A DNA stretch of 64,000 nt from Anaerolineaceae bacterium (GTDB taxonomy: Bacteria; Chloroflexota; Anaerolineae; Anaerolineales; Anaerolineaceae), in the NCBI GenBank assembly GCA_035543095.1, contig DATKKB010000076.1, forward strand, positions 10,338-74,337. The letters run 5' to 3'. The translations under genes and the position numbers were made by a program. The notes below the pieces were generated by a model. That model did no database searches, had not been told where the DNA came from, and saw only the letters and a list, made by a program, of their open reading frames with translations. Shown one piece after another: positions 46,204-56,380 of the stretch. How positions within the stretch are numbered: the stretch's first letter is position 1; every line of letters begins with the position of its first letter.

Positions 46204-47664
46204 CTATCCGCCGCCTACACCTGCAATCCCGCCTTCGGTAAGTTTTCGTAGATCGCTCAATGCAACCAGGATTTCTTCCTGGCTGACCGGTTTTCCCGTA
46301 TTCCGGTTCATCAGCTTGCCCTGCTGGATCTTTTCGATGGCTATTTCGCGAATGGTAACGTTACGGCGAAGAGCCTCTTTTACGAGCGCAGCTCCGGCCG
46401 AATATCCGATGATCGGGTTCAACGCCGTCGCTACAATTGCATTTTTATCGAGCCAGCTCGCTGCCTTTTCGCGGTTGGCTGTCAAGCCACGCACGCATTT
46501 TTCGCTGAAAGCCGCGACGGATCCGATCACAACCTGCATCGCTTCGAACAGGTTGTGGGCGATGATCGGCATCATCACGTTTAGCTCTAGCTGCCCGGCC
46601 TGGGACGCCAGCGCAACGGTCGTATCGCATCCAATGACATGGAACATAGCCATGTCCAGCATTTCGGCCAGGACCGGATTGACTTTTCCCGGCATGATGC
46701 TCGAGCCCGGCTGGACAGGCGGCAGGCGAATTTCGTCGAGCCCGGTCGACGGCCCGGAGGCCAGCAGGCGGAAATCGTTCGCAATCCGGATCAGTGTGAT
46801 TGCCAGCGTACGCAGCGAGGCCGAAAAATCGGCCATGTCGGCCATGGATTGCATCGATTCGAACAAGTTATCGGATGGATAAAGCTTAAGGCCTGAAATC
46901 TCCGAAATTCGCCTGACCATGCGGGTGTGGTATTCCGGATGAGCGTTCAAGCCGGTTCCGGTGGCAGTTCCGCCGATTCCAAGCTGGCGCAATCCTTCCG
47001 CAGCCCGGCGAATGCGCTCGCCGTCTCTTTCGACAGCCAGCCCGTAGGCCCCAAATTCCTGCCCGAGCCGCACCGGAACTGCGTCTTGCAGGTGAGTCCG
47101 CCCGGATTTTACGATCTCATCGAACTCCTCTGCTTTTACGTTCAACGCATCTTTTAGCATTCCGACAGCATGTAATAACTCATCCAGCCGCCACAGACAT
47201 CCAAGTCGAATTGCTGTGGGGATGCAATCGTTTGTCGACTGCGACATATTGACGTGGTCGTTCGGATTGACGGTGTATTGCCCCAGGCTGCCCCCCAGGA
47301 GCACCGTGGCCCGGTTGGCGATCACTTCGTTGGCATTCATGTTGTGGCTCGTGCCCGCCCCTGCCTGAAACGGGTCCACCACAAATTGCTGGTCCCATTT
47401 TCCCGCCATGGCTTCAGCTGATGCCTGGGCAACCGCATCCGCCCTGGCAGCATCCAGCAGGCCGAGGTCTTTATTGACGTCCGCCGCAGATCGTTTAATC
47501 AAGGCCATCGACCAGATAAATGCTCTCCAGGGGCGCAGTCCTGAAATAGGAAAGTTATCGACTGCACGTTGCGTTTGGGCTCCCCACAAGGCGGATGCGG
47601 GCACGTTCACGTCTCCTAACGAGTCGTGCTCTATCCGAAAATTTGATTTCTCTTCACTCATCAT
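46204..47664 (-). CDS. aspA: aspartate ammonia-lyase (fumarase/aspartase superfamily)
   Basis: Signature GSSIMPGKVNPV. GAGTSHNMNANEV and NPNDHVNMSQSTND resemble AspA more than FumC (GSGTQ, SSND). However, WGAQTQR is fumarase-like, so substrate assignment is tentative. Confidence 0.6.
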   Translation of the reverse strand: MMSEEKSNFRIEHDSLGDVNVPASALWGAQTQRAVDNFPISGLRPWRAFIWSMALIKRSAADVNKDLGLLDAARADAVAQASAEAMAGKWDQQFVVDPFQAGAGTSHNMNANEVIANRATVLLGGSLGQYTVNPNDHVNMSQSTNDCIPTAIRLGCLWRLDELLHAVGMLKDALNVKAEEFDEIVKSGRTHLQDAVPVRLGQEFGAYGLAVERDGERIRRAAEGLRQLGIGGTATGTGLNAHPEYHTRMVRRISEISGLKLYPSDNLFESMQSMADMADFSASLRTLAITLIRIANDFRLLASGPSTGLDEIRLPPVQPGSSIMPGKVNPVLAEMLDMAMFHVIGCDTTVALASQAGQLELNVMMPIIAHNLFEAMQVVIGSVAAFSEKCVRGLTANREKAASWLDKNAIVATALNPIIGYSAGAALVKEALRRNVTIREIAIEKIQQGKLMNRNTGKPVSQEEILVALSDLRKLTEGGIAGVGGG

Positions 47665-47676
47665 ATAACTCCAAAT

Positions 47677-47719
47677 GGAAAAAAGAACACCTGGCAGGAA
47701 TCCCTGTCAGGTGTTCTTT
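47677..47719 (-). terminator. rho-independent terminator after the ferredoxin gene
   Basis: On the minus strand: AAGAACACCTGACAGG-GATT-CCTGCCAGGTGTTCTT followed by TTTTTT. Confidence 0.65.
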
Positions 47720-47733
47720 ATTAGCAAATAGTT

Positions 47734-48144
47734 CTATTTTGCAGCATTATACCCTGGACCCGTCTTGAAAAAGGCAACGTTGGGGCCGTAATCAGGGGTT
47801 AGATCCACGATTTCACCAGCTTTGAGAATCTTGGTAGACTCGATGTGAACCGGTTCGCCTTCATGATTCGAGCCGTCGTAAACCGTTGTGAATCCCGGCG
47901 TCCCCACTGGTTGGGCGAGTCTCTCACCGCCCTTGGCTTTGTAGGCTGAGGGAACCTCATCTTCCGGGAAAATGGCAGAAAATGGGCATTCTGGAATGCA
48001 GGCGCCGCAGTCGATGCAGGTATCCGGGTCTATGTAATACCAGGGCCATTTATCGACAGGCTTGCCGGGGACGATGCATTCAACGGGACAAACCGTAACG
48101 CATCCCCCGTCACGCAAACAAAGGCTGGTTATAACGTGAGTCAT
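47734..48144 (-). CDS. ferredoxin (two Fe-S cluster, 7Fe-type layout) with a C-terminal extension
   Basis: CLRDGGCVTVCPVECI and CIDCGACIPECP cluster motifs. 136 aa. Confidence 0.75.
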   Translation of the reverse strand: MTHVITSLCLRDGGCVTVCPVECIVPGKPVDKWPWYYIDPDTCIDCGACIPECPFSAIFPEDEVPSAYKAKGGERLAQPVGTPGFTTVYDGSNHEGEPVHIESTKILKAGEIVDLTPDYGPNVAFFKTGPGYNAAK

Positions 48145-48168
48145 AAGATCCTCCTACAGTGAGAGAAA

Positions 48169-48780
48169 TTATTGTTTCATTTCAAATCGCCGCTCGGCCT
48201 CATTCCAGTTTACCACACTCCACCAGTTTGAGAGATAGTCAGCACGGCGGTTTTGGTATTTCAAATAATAAGCATGTTCCCAGACGTCAACTCCCAACAC
48301 TGGGAAAAGCCCTTCCGAGAGGGGAGAATCCTGGTTGGCGGTCGAATGGACGACCAGCGAGCCATCCGCTTTGCGGCTCAACCAGGCCCAGCCGCTTCCA
48401 AAACGCCCCAGGCCAGCTTTTTCAACTTCCTGTTTGAACGCTGTGAAATTCCCAAAGGTGCTGTTAATGGCTGCTGCCAGCTTGCCTATTGGCTCGCCGC
48501 CTGCATTTGGCCCCATGATCGTCCAGTAGATGATGTGGTTGTAGTATCCACCGCCGTTGTTGCGGACCGCCGTCCGGATATCCTCAGGCACCTTGCTTAA
48601 GTCCATCAGGATTTGTTCGATTTTTGAATTGAATAGCTCAGGGTGTTTTTCGAGGGCGGTATTCAGGTTCTTTAAGTATGTTGCATGATGCTTGGTATAA
48701 TGGATTTCCATCGTCATCGCATCAATCGCTGGTTCGAGCGCATTGTATGCATAAGTCAAAGCCGGTAATTCAAAAGACAT
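48169..48780 (-). CDS. sodA: Fe/Mn superoxide dismutase
   Basis: [21 protein letters not shown], the DVWEHAYYL signature and GWAWL. The start is placed at the internal ATG at 48780. Metal specificity is not assignable. Confidence 0.9.
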   Translation of the reverse strand: MSFELPALTYAYNALEPAIDAMTMEIHYTKHHATYLKNLNTALEKHPELFNSKIEQILMDLSKVPEDIRTAVRNNGGGYYNHIIYWTIMGPNAGGEPIGKLAAAINSTFGNFTAFKQEVEKAGLGRFGSGWAWLSRKADGSLVVHSTANQDSPLSEGLFPVLGVDVWEHAYYLKYQNRRADYLSNWWSVVNWNEAERRFEMKQ

Positions 48781-48900
48781 TGTACACCTCCTGTAGTCTG
48801 ATTCTTGCGTTTGTATTTTTAAACAGATTAATAATACCACTAATTAGATTGAATTAGTATATATCATCTCTGCCTTGAATTAAATTCTTAAGAAATACTC

Positions 48901-49860
48901 ATGCAAAACACGAAGCTGCATGTCAATTTTTCACCGATGGTGGGCCTGGTATTTGGAATCCTGGCTGCTTCCAGTGCTTCGATATTCATTCGCTTTGCCC
49001 AGCAAGATGCGCCTTCGCTGGTGATTGCGGCTTACCGGCTAACCTTTGCTACCATAATCCTGGCTCCAATCGCAATAACCCGGAGGAGGGAGGAAATCAA
49101 GTCATTATCGAAGCGCCAGCTAGGCCTGATGGCTCTTTCCGGTGTTTTTCTTGGATGTCATTTTGCCACCTGGATTTCGTCGTTGAAATACACGTCTGTA
49201 CCCAGTTCAGCAGTGCTGGTCACGACCTCTCCGCTGTGGGTGGCGCTTTTATCCCCCTTGTTTCTGAAGGAACGGATTGGCAGGACGGTGGGGGCCGGCC
49301 TTGTGATCGCGTTGCTTGGGAGTGTCATCGTCGGTGGCAGTGAAGCCTGCCACTGGACGGATGCCGGGATGAATTGTGAGAATTTTTCGCAAGCTCTGCA
49401 GGGCAAAATGCTATTCGGTAACTTCCTGGCCCTGGCTGGGGCCTGGTTTGCTGCGTTTTACCTGGTAATTGGACGCAAAGTCCGCCCGGGCTTATCCTTG
49501 CTAAGTTATACGTTCGTAGTTTATGGAATTGCCGCCGTAACGCTTCTCTTCATGGTGGCTGTCTCCGGAGAGAACATGTTGGGTTATCATCCAACCACCT
49601 ACGCTTTTTTCCTGGCGCTGGCAGTTTTCCCGCAGCTTCTCGGGCATACGTCGTTCAATTGGGCCTTGAGATTCATCCCTGCCGCATTGGTTTCGATCGT
49701 CCTGCTCGGCGAGCCAATCTCATCGACCATCCTGGCTTTCATCATCCTTAAAGAGCCTCCAACCATGCTCGAATTGATCGGCGGTTTTTTCATCCTGGCC
49801 GGTATTTACCTGGCCTCTCGTCCCGAATCCAAGAAAACCCTGGCAGTCGCAGTCGAATGA
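48901..49860 (+). CDS. EamA/DMT-family transporter
   Basis: 319 aa with 10 TM segments arranged as two EamA-like halves. Confidence 0.75.
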   Translation: MQNTKLHVNFSPMVGLVFGILAASSASIFIRFAQQDAPSLVIAAYRLTFATIILAPIAITRRREEIKSLSKRQLGLMALSGVFLGCHFATWISSLKYTSVPSSAVLVTTSPLWVALLSPLFLKERIGRTVGAGLVIALLGSVIVGGSEACHWTDAGMNCENFSQALQGKMLFGNFLALAGAWFAAFYLVIGRKVRPGLSLLSYTFVVYGIAAVTLLFMVAVSGENMLGYHPTTYAFFLALAVFPQLLGHTSFNWALRFIPAALVSIVLLGEPISSTILAFIILKEPPTMLELIGGFFILAGIYLASRPESKKTLAVAVE

Positions 49861-49927
49861 CTTCGATTGGGTGGTGTTCTACATTCCTTTGATTTCTTTG
49901 CGTTCTTTGCACCCTTGATGGTTCAAT

Positions 49928-50126
49928 AAGCTGGCCAGCCCCGCGTAGCGGGCGGCCACGCAAAACGAACGAACGGAGTATTTTGAAAGTGCGAAGCACT
50001 TTCAAAATACTCCACCCCCTCGTATTAAAAAAGCTGGCCGGCCCCGTGTAGCGGGCGGCCACGCAAAACGAACGAAGGGAGTTTTAGAAAATGCGAAGCA
50101 TTTTCTAAAACTCCACCCCCTCGTAT
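49928..50126. repeat. two tandem copies of a ~97-bp intergenic element, each with a GC-rich head and a 17-18 bp perfect hairpin
   Basis: Copy 1 is 49928-50025 and copy 2 is 50031-50126. The shared head is AAGCTGGCC(A/G)GCCCCG(C/T)GTAGCGGGCGGCCACGCAAAACGAACGAA and the shared tail is ACCCCCTCGTAT. The hairpins lie at 49975-50013 and 50078-50114, each with a GAA loop. Confidence 0.85.
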
Positions 50127-50145
50127 CAAATAAGTAATTTTTATC

Positions 50146-51633
50146 TTACCTGCTGTAAAGATAATTAATTTCTTTGATCCTGCCTGTTAGCTCGGGTGTT
50201 ATTGCGCCAGGGAGAATTCTCCAGGACCAGTTTCCGCTGGCGCGGCTGGGGAAATTCATGCGCGCCTCCTTTCCGAGGCTGAGGAAATCTTGCATTGGGG
50301 CCAGGGCCATCATCGCAACCGATGACCATACTGCCCTGATCACGTCCCAGGCGATATCAATGCCCGGCCGGGCCAGATAACGCCGGCAGAGATCGCGTTC
50401 ATTTTCGGGCGCCGAAGCAAACCATCCAACTGTCGTATCATTGTCGTGCGTGCCGGTATACGCAACACAGTTGACAGGATAGTTGTGCGGAAAAAATGGA
50501 TCGTCCGGACCGGTCCAAAAGGCGAACTGGAAAATCTTCATTCCTGGAAACTCGAACTCATCTCTCAGAGCAACCACGTCGGGTGTAATTACGCCCAGGT
50601 CCTCAGCAATAATGGGCAGTTCGCCAAGTTCTTTTTGAATTGCTTTAAACAAGCTGTCGCCGGGCCCAGGCACCCACCGCCCGATTTCGGCGGTCGGTTT
50701 CCCGTTTCGAACTTCCCAATAACCGGCAAAGCCTCTAAAATGATCCAGGCGGACGATGTCAAATAGTTGTAAAGCCGATTTCATGCGTTGGATCCACCAA
50801 TTGTAGCCAGTCTTTTTATGAACACTCCACCGGTACAGTGGATTGCCCCATAACTGCCCGGTTGGAGAATAATAATCGGGCGGCACGCCCGCAACGACGG
50901 TCGGCAGTCCTTTTTTATTTATAAAAAATAGCTCTGGGTGGGACCAGACATCAGCACTATCATATGCTACGAAAATAGGAACGTCGCCGATAATCCGGAT
51001 GCCTTTCTGGTTTGCATATTTGTGCAGGGCATCCCATTGTTGGAAAAACAGAAATTGGCGAAATATATGCTTTTGAATTGCCCTGGAATTATTCTTTTCA
51101 AACGATTCAATATCCTCTGGAAGGCGAGATCTTAGTTCAGGCGGCCAGTGTTCCCACGAACCACCTCCATAAGCTTCTTTAATAGCCATGAACAGGGCAA
51201 AATCCTCAATCCATTGACTTTGAGCTTCTCGGAAGGCCGTAAAATCCTCCAGCAATGATTTTCGGCTTGATTTAAGAAATTTTTCAAAAGCACGGTCCAG
51301 CAATTTGAGTTTCCAGGTGATCACGTTACCGAAATCAACTTTATCACCAGGGAATTCAGGCCTGTCCGCCAGATCGATCCGTGCTAACAGGCCCTTTTCC
51401 ATTATCAACGCCGGACTGACCAGAATGGGGTTTCCTGCAAAGGCTGAAAAGCACTGGTATGGCGAATCACCGTATCCGGTCGGCCCTAGTGGCAGCACCT
51501 GCCATAAATGGCAACCGGTTTCGCTTAAAAAATCCACCCAGCGAAAAGATTCGGGTCCAAGATCACCGATGCCATCTGGCCCAGGTAAACTGGTTGGATG
51601 CAGGATAATGCCTGAAGATCGTTTATATTTCAT
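50146..51633 (-). CDS. malQ: 4-alpha-glucanotransferase (amylomaltase, GH77)
   Basis: SSGIILHPTSLPG, GDSPYQ, VRLDHFRGF, IAEDLG and GTHDNDT motifs. The start is placed at the ATG at 51633, after a GGAG RBS. Confidence 0.9.
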   Translation of the reverse strand: MKYKRSSGIILHPTSLPGPDGIGDLGPESFRWVDFLSETGCHLWQVLPLGPTGYGDSPYQCFSAFAGNPILVSPALIMEKGLLARIDLADRPEFPGDKVDFGNVITWKLKLLDRAFEKFLKSSRKSLLEDFTAFREAQSQWIEDFALFMAIKEAYGGGSWEHWPPELRSRLPEDIESFEKNNSRAIQKHIFRQFLFFQQWDALHKYANQKGIRIIGDVPIFVAYDSADVWSHPELFFINKKGLPTVVAGVPPDYYSPTGQLWGNPLYRWSVHKKTGYNWWIQRMKSALQLFDIVRLDHFRGFAGYWEVRNGKPTAEIGRWVPGPGDSLFKAIQKELGELPIIAEDLGVITPDVVALRDEFEFPGMKIFQFAFWTGPDDPFFPHNYPVNCVAYTGTHDNDTTVGWFASAPENERDLCRRYLARPGIDIAWDVIRAVWSSVAMMALAPMQDFLSLGKEARMNFPSRASGNWSWRILPGAITPELTGRIKEINYLYSR

Positions 51634-52879
51634 AGGGTAATCTCCTCGTTTGGATATATTGGCCGGTTTCAATGATGGTGGAAGAATAGTCGGCGGCGAT
51701 CACATCCGGGCCGATAGATGCGCCCGCCTGGATAATTACTCTCGGGGGGATAACCGAATTCTTCCCCACCATAGAGATCGTTGGAACTTTACTTCCTGCT
51801 TCGCCGATCAATGCTTCCTCAAGCACTTTGACATTTTTATCGAGGATTGTGCGAGCAATGACTGCGCCTCGGTTGACCTGTGAATCTGTCAGGATGATCG
51901 ATTCGGTTACGGTTGCCCCGTTACGAATGTTTACTCCCGGCGAGAGAATGCTGCGAACCACCCTTGCACCATTTTCAATGACGCATCCGTCGCAGATCAT
52001 GCTGTCCTCTACGACTGCTCCGCGGTCGATCCTCACCGGCGGTCTCTCCTCTGTGCGCGTGTGCATGACCCAGGTCCGATCGTTCAGGTTGAAAGGTGAT
52101 GGTGTATGCAATAAGTCCATGTGAGCCTTCCAGTACGACTCAACCGTTCCAACGTCCACCCAGTATCCATCGTAAGGATAGGCAATAGCGCGCATTCCAT
52201 TTCGCACCATGGATGGCAGGATGTCTTTACCAAAATCGTGGGTAGAGTCTTTTTGCTGGCTGTCATTCCACAAGATCTGGTCGAGGATCTGGCGATTAAA
52301 AAGATAAACGCCCATATTGACGAGGTTTGAAGTTGGATTTGTAGGTTTCTCGACAAAAGAAGTGACTTTGAAATCTGGATCAACGCCGATGATGCCGTAC
52401 CGTGAGGCTTCCTCAATCGGCACGCGGATTGTAGCCATGGTCAGGTCAGCCTGGTGCTGCTGGTGGTACTCGATTATTTTGGTATAGTCCATCGAATAAA
52501 CGTGGTCGCCGGATAGAATCATGACCATATCCGGGTCGCCGCGTTTGATGAACGAAAAATTTTGCTGAACTGCGTCTGCGGTGCCGATGAACCAGCTGGA
52601 GGCGCGCGATTTGTAAGGGGTAAAGATCCGAACTCCGCCGGTGAAGTCGCGATTTAGATCCCACGGGCCGCCTGATCCAATGTGTTCGATCAAGGATTGG
52701 GGCCGGTACTGCGCAATGATCATTACATCGTAAATGTTGGAATTGACACAATTGGATAATGGAAAATCGATGATACGGTATTTACCCGCGAAAGGGACAG
52801 CAGGTTTGGTTCGCTTGGCGGTTAAGACACCTAATCGAGTCCCTTCGCCTCCAGCCAGGATAACCGCGCGCGTTTTCAT
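51623..52879 (-). CDS. glgC: glucose-1-phosphate adenylyltransferase
   Basis: [41 protein letters not shown] and a C-terminal left-handed beta-helix. Confidence 0.9.
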   Translation of the reverse strand: MKTRAVILAGGEGTRLGVLTAKRTKPAVPFAGKYRIIDFPLSNCVNSNIYDVMIIAQYRPQSLIEHIGSGGPWDLNRDFTGGVRIFTPYKSRASSWFIGTADAVQQNFSFIKRGDPDMVMILSGDHVYSMDYTKIIEYHQQHQADLTMATIRVPIEEASRYGIIGVDPDFKVTSFVEKPTNPTSNLVNMGVYLFNRQILDQILWNDSQQKDSTHDFGKDILPSMVRNGMRAIAYPYDGYWVDVGTVESYWKAHMDLLHTPSPFNLNDRTWVMHTRTEERPPVRIDRGAVVEDSMICDGCVIENGARVVRSILSPGVNIRNGATVTESIILTDSQVNRGAVIARTILDKNVKVLEEALIGEAGSKVPTISMVGKNSVIPPRVIIQAGASIGPDVIAADYSSTIIETGQYIQTRRLPYEI

Positions 52880-54342
52880 TGATCTCCTTTCATGAGTTGC
52901 TGATATGTTTTAGCATAAGCGATAGCAGACTGGTGCCATGAGAAATCTTGTTTCATCCCATGTAACTGAAGTTGCCTCCACGTTTCAAGAATCAAATAAG
53001 CTTTATATACCCGGTTGATCGCTTCTACAAATGCAGGGACGGTCGGCTGATTAAATAAAAAGCCTGTGGCTTTCGCCGGAAAAGCAGCCAAATCAGAGAT
53101 TGTATCAACCAGGCCACCGGTTGCCCTGGCAATGGGCACGCATCCATATCGCATAGCCATCATCTGCGTCAGACCGCATGGTTCGTAGCGAGATGGCATT
53201 AATAGTATATCGCCTCCACCATATATACGTCGTGATAAGTTTGTATCAAACCGGATAACGGCTCGTACCCGCTCTGGCAGCTCCTGTTCTAATTCCAGGC
53301 AGGCGCGTTCCAGGTTGGGATCGCCGGCGCCCAACAGAATTGCTTGCCAATTCTGATCCTTTATTGCTCTCAAACCATCGATCGCAATATCGACACCTTT
53401 TTGGTGATCCATCCTTGAGACCAGGATGAAAATCGGTATGCCTGGGTCTGTGTTTAATGAGAATTCGTAGATCAGCGCCTTCCGATTTTCCTGCCTGGAG
53501 TCGAGCGAATTGGTAGAATAATTTACGGCAATCGCCGGATCGATCGCTGGATTCCAACTATCCTGGTCCAAACCATTCAAAATTCCTATGATTGCTTTTT
53601 TACGCCTTTTTAAAAACTGTTCGAGGCCGCATCCGTATTCGGGAGTCAGGATTTCTCTGGCATAGGTAGGCGAGACAGCCACGATCTTTTCGGCTGCCTG
53701 AAGTCCCAGGGGGAGCGGAAGGTGACGCGCCCACGAGGGCAAGCTCTTGAGGCGGCTGGGCGGTATAGCATATTCGGTCAAGGCTGCTTCGGTGCCTACC
53801 CCGAAGAAGGGAAGGTTATGCAAGGTAAGGACCGTGTGAGTGTTTTCAAAAAATGGATCTTTTTTAATTTTTAACTGGTAAATTGACAGCGCCGTATGCC
53901 AGTCATTGGCATGCAGGATGTCCGGCTTCCAATCCAATTTTTTAGCGAGCTCGAGGCTTGCCAGAGAAAAGAAGACGAACTTCGGCCCGTCGACCGCTGC
54001 GACCGGGTTATAAACTGGTCCCTCTTCGGGGATGGGCGGCCCTGCGATCAGGTACGTACGGATTCCGTTAACCTCGAGAAAAAATGCCTGAGCTTGAACC
54101 GGACCCTTAATGCTTTGTACCTCAAGATTGAACAAGTAGACCGGATTGGGTATTTTTTTTCGGATGTCTGAATGAAAAGGTAAAACCAATCTTACTTCAA
54201 CCGCATTTCCATCAATTTCATCTGGCGGTAGGTTCTCAAGGGCTTTCGGCAGGCTGCCGGAAACGTCGCCTAACCCTCCAACTTTTACCAGCGGGTCAGC
54301 TTCCGAAGCCAGGAACAAAACCCTTATGGTCTTATTTTTCAT
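52876..54342 (-). CDS. glgA: glycogen synthase (GT5)
   Basis: [15 protein letters not shown] (KxGGL motif), HANDWHT and PSRYEPCGL. Confidence 0.9.
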   Translation of the reverse strand: MKNKTIRVLFLASEADPLVKVGGLGDVSGSLPKALENLPPDEIDGNAVEVRLVLPFHSDIRKKIPNPVYLFNLEVQSIKGPVQAQAFFLEVNGIRTYLIAGPPIPEEGPVYNPVAAVDGPKFVFFSLASLELAKKLDWKPDILHANDWHTALSIYQLKIKKDPFFENTHTVLTLHNLPFFGVGTEAALTEYAIPPSRLKSLPSWARHLPLPLGLQAAEKIVAVSPTYAREILTPEYGCGLEQFLKRRKKAIIGILNGLDQDSWNPAIDPAIAVNYSTNSLDSRQENRKALIYEFSLNTDPGIPIFILVSRMDHQKGVDIAIDGLRAIKDQNWQAILLGAGDPNLERACLELEQELPERVRAVIRFDTNLSRRIYGGGDILLMPSRYEPCGLTQMMAMRYGCVPIARATGGLVDTISDLAAFPAKATGFLFNQPTVPAFVEAINRVYKAYLILETWRQLQLHGMKQDFSWHQSAIAYAKTYQQLMKGDQ

Positions 54343-54376
54343 TTCTTCCCTTGTAAAGCGGAAATAAATTAATTCG

Positions 54377-56344
54377 TTAAGCCATTTCTACATAATCCTG
54401 TGAAATCGGTTCTGCGCTCGAAATCCCAAGCAGTTCGATCAATTCTGTCACCAGGCGAGATTTTTCCTCTGCGTCCTTTCGGCTCCAGGTTCTGCTTTTT
54501 ATTTCCATGAAATTTCCCAGTGCAGGTTTTTTCGTTTCATCAAGATTTATAAACACCTCGATGCCCTTGTAACTTACTTTATACCGCAAACGATCTTTTT
54601 CAATTTCACGTTCGCTGGTAGGTTTGAAATATTCTCGGTAGAATCGTAGTGTTTGGGTTGCTGGGGCAAAATAACGACTCCTCCATAGCAATACTTCCTG
54701 GGGAAAGTGTTGCTCAAAAGCCTGGCCGATCAAGGTCAGCCGAGAGCGAACCGTAGTCACCTCTCCTTTTTCGTTGACGAAATCATCCTCCCGATAGCGC
54801 AAATACCCCTGTGATGGGTCGTCGAACGAAAAATAAGTATCATATTCTCGGTAATGCCGGGTGCGCAAAATCTGGACGCTCGAAGATTTCAACGCCTGGA
54901 GGATAGCCTCGCGGTTGTCGATCCGCACTTTCATTTGGACTTCGAAGCTCTCCTCCTCGCTGGCTCCACCGATAGCCACCAGCTTGGATAAAACTGATTC
55001 CTCGCGCTGCATCAGGAATAGGTCGATCTTTCGGGCATAATCCTGGGATTGTTCCAGCAGATCTCCTTCGTTGAGCGTCTTGAGCTGGCGATCCTGCATT
55101 ACCCATTGCCCGTTAATCATCACATCGCTCACATCATTTGATTTTCCGGCATATATGATTTGGGCGTAAGGGCTTTCCGGATCGCGCCGAAAGTGCGGCG
55201 AATTATGGAGTGGTTTCAGGTCCACCAGGATCAGATCGGCTCGTTTACCTGCTTCGATCGACCCGGTGATATCTCCAATATGAAGCGCCTCGGCGCCCAA
55301 TCGAGTTGCCATCAGCAGGGCTGTTCGAGCCGGCAGCACGGTTGGATCTCCGGTGGAGCCTTTTGCCAGGAACGAGGCCAGGCGCATTTCTTCAAACATG
55401 TCCAGGTCGTTATTGGAGGCAGGTCCATCCGTCCCAATGCCAACGTTGAGACCAAGTTCTAGCATGCGCTTGATCGGCGCAATGCCGGATGCCAGCTTGA
55501 GATTGGAGGAAGGGTTATGCGCCACGCCTGCACCTGAATGCAGCATTGTACGCATCTCTCCCTCATCCACATGCACACAGTGGGCCGCCAGCACCTTAGC
55601 ATCGAATAAATTCTGTTTTTTTACGTACGGAATGACCGGCATCCCCTGCTCGTTGCGCATGTTTTCCACTTCCAGCGCAGTTTCAGAAAGGTGGATATGC
55701 AGCGGAACGTCGAACTCTATTGCCAGCGCTGCCGCAGCGCGCAGGATTTCCGGCGTGCAGGTATATGGCGCGTGCGGCGCGATTGACGGGACGATCAAGG
55801 AATGCCCTTTCCATTTTTTGATGTACTCGCGCCCCATGGCGAGCGATTCTTCATACGATGCAGCATCCGGCGTTGGGAATTTCATGACCGTTTGGCTGCA
55901 AACTGCCCGCATGCCGGCTTGCGCCGTCGCATCGGCGACATAACTTTCGAAATAATACATATCAGCGAAGGCAGTGACTCCTGACCGGATCATTTCTGCG
56001 CACGCCAGGCGTGTGCCAAGCTGAACGAATTCCGGTGAGACGAACTTTCGTTCGACCGGCATCATATAACCCATCAGCCACACGTCCAACCTCAGGTCGT
56101 CCGCCAGCCCGCGCAGCAGCGTCATTGGCACGTGCGTGTGAGCATTGATCAATCCTGGGATCAACAGCTTACCCTGGCAGTCGATAATCTCAGGCGCATT
56201 ATATTTCTGCCTGATCTCGGTTTCGTCCCCGACCGCCGTAATTTGGTCGCCGGTCACTGCCAGGGCGCCGGGGTTGAATTGGTGAAAGTCGCTGTCCATG
56301 GTCAGGACGTGCGCATTCGTTAGCAAAATATCGGCATTGATCAT
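54377..56344 (-). CDS. fusion: MtaD-type amidohydrolase (5-methylthioadenosine/SAH deaminase-like) plus C-terminal CYTH (triphosphate-tunnel, CyaB-like) domain
   Basis: 655 aa. Residues 1-~440 carry GLINAHTHVPMTLLRGLADDL, HLSET and GTDG. Residues ~466-655 carry FEVQMKVRI, YLRYRE, RSRLTLIG, KDRLRYKV...FINLDE...GNFMEIKS, matching the CYTH strand pattern. Confidence 0.7.
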   Translation of the reverse strand: MINADILLTNAHVLTMDSDFHQFNPGALAVTGDQITAVGDETEIRQKYNAPEIIDCQGKLLIPGLINAHTHVPMTLLRGLADDLRLDVWLMGYMMPVERKFVSPEFVQLGTRLACAEMIRSGVTAFADMYYFESYVADATAQAGMRAVCSQTVMKFPTPDAASYEESLAMGREYIKKWKGHSLIVPSIAPHAPYTCTPEILRAAAALAIEFDVPLHIHLSETALEVENMRNEQGMPVIPYVKKQNLFDAKVLAAHCVHVDEGEMRTMLHSGAGVAHNPSSNLKLASGIAPIKRMLELGLNVGIGTDGPASNNDLDMFEEMRLASFLAKGSTGDPTVLPARTALLMATRLGAEALHIGDITGSIEAGKRADLILVDLKPLHNSPHFRRDPESPYAQIIYAGKSNDVSDVMINGQWVMQDRQLKTLNEGDLLEQSQDYARKIDLFLMQREESVLSKLVAIGGASEEESFEVQMKVRIDNREAILQALKSSSVQILRTRHYREYDTYFSFDDPSQGYLRYREDDFVNEKGEVTTVRSRLTLIGQAFEQHFPQEVLLWRSRYFAPATQTLRFYREYFKPTSEREIEKDRLRYKVSYKGIEVFINLDETKKPALGNFMEIKSRTWSRKDAEEKSRLVTELIELLGISSAEPISQDYVEMA

Positions 56345-56380
56345 TTTTCTCGACCCATTTTAACTAATGATACTCTTATA

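Noticed and set aside
49790-50062. 90-aa minus-strand ORF spanning the intergenic repeat.
   Set aside because: It is created by the repeat sequence itself, overlaps the eamA 3' end, and has no RBS or recognisable protein features.
49928-50126. The two direct repeats as a minimal CRISPR array.
   Set aside because: There are only two copies. They are ~97 bp long, separated by 5 bp with no spacer-sized unique segments, and no cas1/cas2 is in the window.
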